A stretch of 64,000 nt of DNA from Bugula neritina (lineage: Eukaryota; Animalia; Bryozoa), in assembly GCA_964035545.1 (NCBI GenBank), contig OZ037765.1, positions 18,662,995 through 18,726,994 on the forward strand. Reading direction: 5' to 3'. The translations under genes and the position numbers were made by a program. A model generated the notes under the pieces. The model had not been told where the DNA came from and made no database searches. It saw nothing but the letters and a program-made list of their open reading frames with translations. How positions within the stretch are numbered: position 1 is the first letter of the stretch; each line of letters begins with the position of its first letter. This document shows, in pieces, positions 27,113 through 38,305 of the stretch.

Positions 27113-28588
27113 TATTGAGCCTTTTTTAATATTATGATCTGTACATTATCTATTGCACCATAAGTGATAGAATTACTGATAGATGTCATCTTGCCTGCAG
27201 GGTTTTGTTGTAGTAATAGAAACTGCTTCTCTTTAAGCATTCATAAAACCTTTTTAAATAAATAGCAAAATTTTTAGCCACAATACTCACAAGCAACAAA
27301 TATTAATATCGATTATTTGAAGTATTTTAATTTGCCTACCATAGGCTACACCAGAAATATAAGCTTAAGCTTTATACAAATCATGTGTGAACTCCAAAAA
27401 TAGTTATTTTTCACCTACAGAATATGAATAACCTGTAAAAATTACATATTACTGCATTGCATACATAATCACAGTCCCTATATTCTAAAAGCATTCAAAT
27501 TGATTGAGTGAATTGGTTTCTATCAACAGCCTATCCAAACATGAACTATCTCAGCCACCAAAATATGCCATAAACACAGTAGCTCTTACCTACAGCTGCA
27601 GAAAAGACTGTCCAAGTAAGAAAATAAAACTTCTAAAGGCATCAACATAGCACAACACTACTGGAAATCCAAGTTTAGTACTTGCCAGGTTTCACCAACT
27701 GTTCGTTCTGCTTCACTAATATTCATTTATATGCCCCATTGGTTAACAAATTTACATAATAGTATAATTAATCTTAAGTTAGTTTCATGCATTGATATTT
27801 TACTAGTTACCATCATTAACACAAAAACACTTTAACAAAACCTCTAGACCACAGATAACAGCCCAGCCCTTACATTTAATTTAAATTTATCTACAGCCTC
27901 TATGGTAACAATTCTACCATAGAAAAGCCCCACTAGTAACACATCCACTGGCAAAAGCTCATGAACTAGTAATAACCCCAGTGATAATAACCTCACTTGT
28001 AATATTTAATCAAAGTCCTGAATTAATATTCACAACCCAACTTGAGTACAGCACATTCAGTTTCTAAACCAAGACTATGAAATAGCAATCAAAATACTAA
28101 ATAATTGAACAAATTTTTAGAATAAAAGCCGCAACAATTAACTTATACACTCAAATATGTTAATTGCAGTTTTTAAATTTTAAGCTTTTCTTGAACTGTG
28201 ATTTTTTATCGAGGGTGCTAAAATATCAAACATCAGCCTATGTACCCAGTCAATGCATAATTGAATTTACCCTTTCTATCCTGATCCAGGGGGAACTCTC
28301 TAATAATGCAAACATTTATCGGTAAACCATCAAAATGCTCTGACTTAGTAAAAAATATTAAAGCAACATTCGACACAATAGTGTAAATATATGGCATATT
28401 ATGATATATTTTGAATTTACCAGAAAATATACGTTATTCACTTTCATCACCAAGTTACCTGAAAAACATTTTATTTTTCCAAAATCCATAAAGCATTACT
28501 TTGGTGTCCAACACTCCCAAAAAAACAAATAAACTGCAAATTAGATACATAAAAAACACTCCACAGATTGTGACTGAATAAGAAAAGT

Positions 28589-31500
28589 TCACAAATCGCT
28601 TCTCACTCCGAAACCAGGTCCTGTTGGTGGAGATGTCAATGATGTCAGACCCCCTTTAGGTTCACAAGAAAACCGGTGGTTTTGGCCACTCCTATAATAT
28701 CAGACAAACTTGACTGGGCAATGAAGGTATCAGTGATTTGGTAAATATTTACGACAATGTTTTACACATAATAAAAGGTAACACAATATATTTTTGTGCG
28801 AGACATTTGTGATACTCATAACTGAAAAAAGTAATTATTGACTACGTTACTAATAGGCAGTATTTTGAGTTTTTCAAACCAGTCGAATAAGAGGGCAAAT
28901 TATTCAATCAGACATTTGATATGGTCAGGAAATTAACGCAATGACTTAGTAGTGATATCCTTATATCAGTAGAAAAAATCTAAGTGAATGTAGCAATCAC
29001 ATAGCGCAATGTCCTCAACATATAAATTTGCCTATTGATTGTATATGAGCAGATAAACAAATGTAAACTAGATGTATGTAAAAATTCTACATATGAACAT
29101 AATATAAGTATTAAGTAGATCCATCTTTAGTATTATTTTGTTTCGTTATATAAAGTCAAAAGAAGCCAGAGCCATTTCGGAGAGAACACAACTATTTTTG
29201 ATGAACAATCAGTTTGGTTAGCTATCAACACAATTATTTGTATTGTATTTAAGATACACCAAACAAACAAAATTGATAACCTTAATTCTATGCAAGATGC
29301 AACTTATAAGATACCAGTCAACTTTCCTCTGTAAAATTTGATTTTAAATATAAAACACCTGTAACAAAGGCTACAACATCAGCAAAACACAATAATATAA
29401 CCAGTGAAGAGTGACTTACATAGGACCAGGTTTTGGCTTTCTTCCAGCAATCAAATCATCAAATACTTTATTTGTATCCTCAACAGTTAGGTCTTCCTGG
29501 AAAAAAAGATTCAACAATAAAATCTATTAGTTATCAAAGAGAAACCTTTATTAGACACAGAAGACTCATACCTCACTGACTACATACTCTCAGTTCATTA
29601 GGTTGATGTTACCTTGGTATTCCGTATGTTACTTAGCAAGCTAAATATTCTCTTATTACAACAAAGAGCCATATTTAAAACAGAGTTCCTCTACCCCTCA
29701 CAGGGCATGTTGAGAGGCAGCAGATTGAAAGGGTGCAGCTGTAAGCACAGCTAAAGTGAATTATATGAGTCACAGGAGCATTCTATACAATGTGAGGTAA
29801 GATAACTTCTTAATAGTGTATTGGATATTATAGTATGTGGAGCAGCCACTGATTACGGGTCATGGGTTCAAGTGCGGCTCATCGGTTATATCAGGAAGAG
29901 CATTCGATCATAATTGCCCCTGTGTCACAGCAAAGGCCATTAAACCATGTTGCCAGCATACAACCCATTTTTACAGGATTTTCAACAGGTGTGAGTTTAT
30001 TAAATATATTGCAGTATGCAATTCAATGCAATAAGAGTTTGAGTAATCATTGCTGAAAAACTAGGTGTGAACTAGACCAAACCTGATATAGCCTAACTAC
30101 TCGCCATATTAACAACAATTGGCCTCAATGAATATTCATACTTACATAATAGTCATCATTTATTTGAATCATTGGAGCATTCACACAAGCTCCAAGACAC
30201 TCTACTTCTGACAAAGTAAACATGTTATCTGGAGTTGTTTCCCCGGGCTTAATTTCTAAAATGTGATACAAATGAGCTAAAACCTTGCAATACTTTTCTA
30301 ACACTGTAAAAAATCAACTCAATTATTTTTAATTAACTAAAAATTGAATTAGATCAAGTAACTTATTTCTTGATTCTTTATATAGCATATAACATCCGAT
30401 ACAAATGATAGAAGCCTGAGTAAAGTGAAGCAGCTAGTGATGGCCTTACTCAGCTTTTTCTGAATGGTCTCCATGATGACATCACTCCCAACACCTCCCA
30501 GCATGCAAGGTGTAGTGGTGCAGATCTGTACATGGTATTTCCCCACTGGTTGTCTACAGAGTAGGTATAGCATAATGCTCACACATAGATACAACTCACT
30601 TATACATATCTTATCAGGCACATTAACAAGATGCAACTTTTGCAGTTATATTTTTTAAACATACCAACTAGTTGCTAGAACAAACCATGAATAAATTTTA
30701 TTTTCATATTTACTTGCATCACTACATAGTTAAGGTATAGTATTATATCAATATCAATACATGCCCATTGATTCCCATAAGATTTTAAAAAGGCATTTAA
30801 ATTAGCCCAACAAGAAAGATAAGCAATGATCTCGGACATGTTTTAGCCAACGTCCCACAGCTTACAAATATATGTAACAAGCCACTTGAAAAGGTGGACA
30901 ACTTCAACTTAGAAAAGTTACACATTATTACAATGCAGATACTGCAAGTATTGCAATGCAGTACTTTTATGCATCGGACATCACAGGCTAAATAATTGCT
31001 GTCAATATATTAATACAAGTTTTACCTATTGTACATTGTGTAGAACGTGGCTACTTCATACACACGCATGTTAGCCATCCCTAAGAGTTTAGCCACATAG
31101 TTCATAGCCGAGATTGGCAGCCAGTTGTCATTCTGTTGCTGAGCTAAGTCGAGTAGAGGCAAACATGCAGCTGCCTCATGCCCTTTAGGATAGTTGCTAA
31201 TAATAGTTTCAGCTCTCTAGACAACCATAAACACATTAGACAATATGTGTCGAGCATACAGAAGTAAAACTTAACTTCAATGATCATATAATTAAAAACT
31301 AGATTTGAAATTGAATGTAAGAAAAACAGTAGACGGTTAAAAGTCTTCTGATACCTTGTTCTTTGTTTTACAACTAAAGAACTGGAGATTCAATTAATCT
31401 AATGAAAACATGTGCATCAAAAACAAGTTTCACATTTTTAGAAAAATAATGTTCTATAAATGCAGCACTCCGTAAGATTAAAGGGCATCTTTTTTATTGT

Positions 31501-32913
31501 CTTTGTACATTATAGTACATTATATATTTAGCAAATGTACAAGGCACATAGCTGACTAGAATTATTTAGGCACAAGTATCACCAGATATATAAGAAGCTC
31601 AACATGCTTTATCTTTTTGAAAAATTAGAAGTTTTGCTTGATCTATGTATGTTGGCTTTGCAATAAATCTGCATTATGAAGGCTGGGAATATCCCAAGTT
31701 TCTATTAATATTGACAACTGACACTTTTTAAAATGTAAATTCGACACAAGACATATAAAAATGATCGTAGAATGAGAGACTGCTAAAGAATGAGCAAAGG
31801 AAACACGGGTAATATTCCAACAACCTATAGCTTAATAGTTTTATTACAATTCACATTTCAGTCCACAGAACTGAGTAAACTATAAAATTCCCAACTTACA
31901 ATTTTACACTTTAGATAAGGACTTACTTTCAAATTCTCCGGAGTGAACTCAAACCTTGTGTTGCTGTTGTTTTCAGGAGAATCCCTGTGCTAACAAAATA
32001 TGGGCTAAACAATACAACATACAGTATTTTACAACATTGAGTAAATGATGTCCCATATAGATAGTCATACAATGCTTCCCAAAATTACAGATGTTTTTAG
32101 TCTCTCACCACATTTGAGCAAGTAAAAGCTATAACCGCTGCATGAAGAGTTGCTGCAGAAAAACATATTGTCTTATTGTCTGCCTAGTTGAGAGAATATT
32201 TGCTTGGAAAATAAAAATAAAAAATATCGGCTAATAGACAAAAAGTAAAATTGTAAGCAACCTATTTTACAGTCATTTTTGTTAAAATTAGTATTATTCC
32301 TGCTGATCTCTTATTTAAAATTCACACACTTTGCAAAAAAAATTAACGTTGGTAGAATTTGTATGGGTGAAGAACTAACTCTAGGAATATCGTCACAATT
32401 TATAACACACTTACCACAAACAAATGATCACTCAAAACTCGAGGTGTGTTGTGAATATTTCTCTTGCAATGCTAAAACAGAAAAAAATTTCACATTAGTA
32501 AAAACCTCGACTATTATTAGCTTACATAAAGATGACCACAGGATTTCTATTTATAACAAATTAAATTAACAAATTTGAAAAATTTTTGTTATAAATATTT
32601 TACTAATACCAATAATAGTGCATTCAAGAACAATAAATAAATATATTGTACAAACAACTTTATCTCTTAATTGCTAACACCAATAACTAGCATAGCACTA
32701 GTCTTAGAATGCTTTATTTATAACTAGTACAAAATATATTGATTCATTTTATTAACCAAATTTAAAACATAAACTCAGAACTCATTTAAACATGATGACT
32801 TACGAATAAAAATTAAACTAGGCAATGTTGTAAGCAACAGTTTTAAATTGTTGCATTGAGGTCTTGAAATTCACTAGAACTGTGAGTAATGATGAATTGC
32901 CTGACTTGAACAT
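28589..32913 (-). CDS. NDUFV2: NADH dehydrogenase (complex I) 24-kDa flavoprotein 2, 8 exons, ~247 aa
   Basis: Exons 32875-32913 (first exon tentative; an alternative candidate is 33937-33981), 32415-32471, 31927-31989, 31026-31216, 30450-30553, 30146-30255, 29420-29496, 28589-28691. Motifs [32 protein letters not shown], 2Fe-2S ligands CTTTPC and [12 protein letters not shown]-terminal [20 protein letters not shown]. Confidence 0.96.
29840..29990 (+). mobile_element. Degenerate SINE copy in an NDUFV2 intron
   Basis: GGTCATGGGTTCAAG B-box region and ATCAGGAAGAGCATTCGATCATAATTGCCCCTGTG core. Confidence 0.65.
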
Positions 32914-33500
32914 TTTGAAGAAACCTTTGAAACTTGGGTAAGCAACCTTAATTAATTTTTAACCATAATAGCAAAAGTTGAAAAACAAACTTTAATGACC
33001 TAATAACGTTTTCTTCGAACCAATTAAAGTAAATTAAATAAATATTTATTGTAATCATAATTATAACTTTTTGCCAATAAAAAATATGATGGCTCTTGTA
33101 AGTTGTAACTACGTAGATTTATTGACTTATGATGATATGGTAGTTATTTCAATATTATTCATTGAGTATATATAAATAAAATATATATTTAAAAATATAA
33201 CTTAAAATTTTTTATCTCTATCTAAACATAAAAGGTGTTTAACTATTAATCATATCTAATACTTGAATGACATTGCAACCATCCATTTCTTTCAAATATA
33301 TGCAAATAGTTAAAGTCAAACTGACTTGAGTTAACTCAAGTCATCTGTTGACTTAGATTTGACTTGGCGTGCTATAGCGTTTGCGTTGAGATAATTTTGA
33401 TATTTATATTTATATGATATTCAAGAATATATCATGAATCAATTTATACACCAACTTGCAATTATACAATAATCTTAATTGTGTTCATGATCATAAGAAT
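32914..33500. promoter_or_regulatory. Head-to-head promoter region NDUFV2/RNF146 with a 22-bp perfect palindrome
   Basis: Divergent genes; TGACTTGAGTTAACTCAAGTCA at 33322-33343; small CpG cluster at ~33367-33386. Confidence 0.5.
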
Positions 33501-35430
33501 ATTAGTGAAGTATTATCATTACTATTAGTATCAAATTTTCATTAAAAGAAAACAAACACTTATACTTATAGTTATAGTTATTATTATATTTAATTTTATA
33601 ATTATTATTAATATTATATAATCACATTATTATTAGGTTTTAAATCTTCCAACACCAAATAAAGTAGGCTGCAAACCTAAAATCAACTTTAGTTAAAAGA
33701 TCAAAATAAAAAAGTGCAAATAAGTAATAAGCAATGCATAATGATAATCCTACACTCATAGTCATAGTGCTACTGTTATGCAACTTTCAAAGTGAAAGTT
33801 AAACACCTTGATTACAGATTGAGATTAAGAGTAAGTAATTTTACCAACTGTAAATTAAAACAAATGCTACTAGAAATATTGATAACAAAATCATTAGATA
33901 TAGTTATAGTTGAAAATCTGACAGAAATTCAATTACCTGAATAGAATTTTCTGCAGCAGCAAGAATTAGCTTTCTAATCATGATGAATATTGATGTCCCT
34001 CAGACTGTACCGACATAGAGATGGCAAAGCGAAAGTAGACAGGAAGTGAAGGTAAAATTTAGTCTATAATAAAACAATCTCCAGTAAAATAAAAAAAATT
34101 TGAAAACTTATGTTTTAATTAAATCTAAATTTATACTTTGCGTTTAAATTTTTTTTTTAAAGTATTTGCATTTATATATAATGTTTTATATACTAGTATT
34201 AAAAGATGACTTTAATTATTAATTACAATAATAATATTATTATTTTAGTTTTACTAGAACTACTTCTAGTTCTACTAAAAGTATGAGTATGTAAAACTAA
34301 AGCTATCTTACATTTACTGCCGATTGAGTAGTAAAGTACACATCAGTATGAGTATCATACTCTATCTTAATCTGTCTATCATAATCTTAGTGATAATCAT
34401 AAAGTAAAAGTGGTAATGATAATTAAACTCTCAACTCATACCCACTTCACTTTCAGTTTCAATATCATAATCATTATCATACTCACTATCATACGGATGC
34501 TGTTGGACGGGGGTTATCACTATAAGTATAACTATTACTATTAGTATTAGTATTACTATTAGTACTGCTATTAGTATTACTATTAGTATTAGTTAATGAC
34601 TTAATGTATTTGACAATAAATAATATTATTCAATAAATTATTATTAATAATAAACTGAAATAGATTAACTTTTAAGATAATAAAAATAAAATTTAATCAA
34701 TGTTATTGTACTTGTAGTTAATACTGATAGTTATACTAGTAGTAGTATAAGTAAGTAAGTATTAGTATAAATACTATTAGAAGATTAATCTAAGGTATGT
34801 TAAGCTTGATATAGATGTTTATATTATTTATATTATTAAAATTAATATTATGCTATTAGTAATACTCGTAGGCACTAGCTGTAGGTACATGTGACTCTGA
34901 AAATAAAATATCGCTATGGCTATAGGCATAGCCTAGGCTTTGTGGCTATAGCCATTAATAGACCATTATTACTATGATAATCATAATCACCTTGCATTTG
35001 ATAATGATTATTATACTATAATTCATACTCATAGTTATAGTATGAGTATCTGTATTGCAAACATTATATTTATCATTTATATCAATATTTTTGACTTCTT
35101 AGTTATTACTATCGATTTTGTTTATTAGTATTATTGATACTGATCCTCATACTTACAGTTACAGTTACTCTTGTATTAGAAGTTAAAGCTATACTAATTG
35201 GTAATACTAATAACTAATAGTAACTATAAGTATAAGTAAAACTAATGCTTATACCTAATATAGGACTGTTGTTTGTTGGTCCAAAACTTAGTCACCCTAG
35301 CCTGGGTCTAGTGTTACTGTTGAGTTTGAGAGTGACAGTCATGAGTATTGGCTGTAATCACTTAGTTAATAGTTTTTGCTTTCACTTTCAGTATTGATCT
35401 AAAGTTTGGTTTACACTTCAGTTAACTCAT
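33480..35430. repeat. Degenerate 6-bp periodic (TNA-NWN)n tract at the RNF146 5' end
   Basis: e.g. 34447-34494 TCA CTT TCA GTT TCA ATA TCA TAA TCA TTA TCA TAC TCA CTA TCA TAC. Confidence 0.8.
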
Positions 35431-36058
35431 AAACTGGCCTAATGTGTAGTACTCCTTCCTTCTTTCTTTGGAAAAGGGAGGGTGCCACATTTCAATTATT
35501 TAAAAGACATATTTTGACAAAATTATGATCATTCTGGTTTACTTTGGTACACAGCCTATACTATAAACACAATTTAGAAGCAACTTATTTTACAGGGGAA
35601 GTAAAACTGTTGACAGAAACCTAATAATTTACTTGTACCTAAATTGTTTAGTAACTTGTTAGTCTGGATTTTGTTACAAATATAGCTTTTTATGATAGTG
35701 AAACACAAATATTTCATCTCGTTAAAGCTAATTTTAAAAAATTATTGGTAAACAAAACTTTAAATTGTATTTTAACGGAAAAAGTTATGATTTTTTTCAA
35801 GTTTAGAAAAAGTAGCACACAACCTACACACATGCAGATTGAATTAACTTTCTGGAAGTTATTTTGCATATAAAAAATCTTTCTTAGTCGACAGAAAAAC
35901 ATCAAAGCAAACTATTTGCAAGCAACAACTAAATCTTGAAACATATTGTAGCTGTTAGTTAAGAGTTGTCTGTTCTTGTATTTCAAATACACCCCCACCC
36001 CCCCTCCCCCCTATTCAAGAGTAATAAAAACATAATATTGTTTTACAGGTTCACAGTG

Positions 36059-37325
36059 ATGGAGTGCCCTGTATGTTACCAACAGTGTGTCCATCCAGTC
36101 AAGTTGCCTTGTAATCACATATTCTGTTATTTATGCGTCAAGGGTGTGGTAACTAGAACTAGGAAGTGTGCTATGTGCCGCATGCCTATTTCCCTTCAGT
36201 ATCTTGAAAATCCTGAAGTGGTTGATGAATCAGATCTCAAGGTTGACTGCAACAGTCAGCCTAACATAATTCAGTGGTTCTATCAAGCCAGAAGTAGAGG
36301 CTGGTGGCTTTATGAAGAGAGAATTGCTGTTGAGATAGAGGAAAGGTTTGTGTTATTTCAATTGACTTGAATTATATCAAATGTTTTTTAAATTCAAATT
36401 TATTCGATGGCTGAAATCTAAAGCATAATGTGCATAACTTTACGTACTTTTTTTCTCTTGTTTGTAGCTTTTAATTTTTATTTTGCTCTCTGTGTTTAAC
36501 AGTAACTTAAGTCATATTGTTAATGTGACTTCACTGTAATGTTATCATACATCAGCGCCCTTTGACTTCACAGGGTAACAATTTGAGCTTGTCTTTCTGT
36601 GATTCTTAAAAGGTTTTGATGTTTGTGGTAGCTGTAGTTTTAATTAATTTTAAGTCCTGTTAATGGAAGCATTGAATATTTAACATCAAATGGTTTATAT
36701 GGAATAGCCTGTATTTATTGCTTAACAAAATCATACTTTCTATGTGCTAGCAACTAGTTTAAGGGTTGTTTGATAGTAAGAAGACTTTTACCAATATTGA
36801 GTCAATTATGATTCCTCTGTCCACATTCACCCTAGCATTATAATATATTTCTTTTAATTCCCAATTGGTTATTGTACTGTAACTGTTTAGTGATTTTGCA
36901 GGTTTAACGCTGATCCAAATGCTGTATTTGAACTTCAGATAGCAGGATTTTTATATACTATTGACTTAAAACACATGAAGCAATACAGAAAAGATGACAG
37001 CAATGTAAGTCGAGCTATTAAAAGGGACTATATCAAACATGTAACTGAAGTACAAGGTAAAGCTGGTCTGAGGTTAAATAGAAGTACAAATAGCTTGGCT
37101 TCTAGAACTATTGAAGGAAGTACATCTGCCCAGGACAGAGCCACAAGTAGCAATAGACCAACAAATCCATCACTTTCAGCTGAGCAAGGAAGTGTGTTAA
37201 GACACAGAACTTCTAGACAAGCTAGTGATACAGTTGATCTCAGTCAACTTGTAGCAGACATTAATATCAACAGAGACACAGATTCGGAGGGTTCTGAAAC
37301 TGGCGGCACAGTGGCTTTAGTGTAG
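36059..37325 (+). CDS. RNF146: E3 ligase RNF146/Iduna (RING + WWE PAR-binding domain), 2 coding exons, ~236 aa
   Basis: Exons 36059-36345 and 36902-37325. RING CPVC..CVHPVKLPCNHIFCYLCVKG..CAMCR; WWE WFYQARSRGWWLYEER...ELQIAGFLYTIDLKHMKQYR..R.IKRD..GKAGLR. Confidence 0.95.
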
Positions 37326-38305
37326 CTTATAGCAATAATGGACTGGAATTTATGTGATTTCAAGTCCAAATTATGTACTAGTGCCAAGGTTGCTTTTATT
37401 TTGATAACAAAATGTATTACAATTTCTGTTTTAAAAGGAGCATGATGGTGGAAAAAATGTATATTTATCGATATTTTCTGTTTAGTATATGACTAAGTGT
37501 TGCTTCAATTACATAATCTAGTTCGCCTTTCGAATAGTACTTGCTGTAGGTTACATCCACACTAGTTTTATTTTATTTATGTAAATAGCTGTTATTATGT
37601 AAAGCATTCAGGGTAGTAGCTACTGCGTTTTTGGGTGTAGTTTTTTTTTAAATTTATTACCTAATTTTGACATGTCAATCTTAATGGTAACTATGACAAA
37701 CATTTACAAGCTACTAATTCTGTCACTGCCATTTGGTAAAATTGGTAAAATACATACAGGTTTCAGTAAATCTTTATTTTCATTGGCTTTTTTAAATGCA
37801 ATATTATTAGAATTTCAGCATCATTCAAGTATATTTACTGATAAAATCAGTAAACATTGCTTCAAAGATACTAATCAACCAAACTATGGTACACTGAGTT
37901 ACCTTTCCCTTTGCTAATTACTGATTAACAAAGCTGTGCCACTGATCAAAAATGGCCGATAACTCCCACCCATAAAATTGACCAATTACAGTATTGGTTG
38001 CATGAAACTATTTGTACCTCAATAGCTAGCAACATAATTATTATAAATAGATATTTCAATGAAACTTTACTGACTAGTGGCAAGCGTTTGAAAAATATAA
38101 ATTTATAGAATGGTCACAAGCCAGATAATAGCGGTATGCGAGATAAAGCATAAAATATGTTAACAGGGACATAGACTCCAAAGATGGAGTATTTGTAAAG
38201 TTATAAATTAATGTGATAGAGCATAGTAAAATTTAATCCTGAGTAAGCCTGAATTCAAAATAACCAGTGTGGGTAAAGTTTAGTGGAATGGTTAAAGTAG
38301 AGCAA

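Noticed and set aside
27890-28005. Degenerate ~15-bp repeat (CCACTAGTAA-like)
   Set aside because: Few, highly decayed units and no ORF; likely an old minisatellite.
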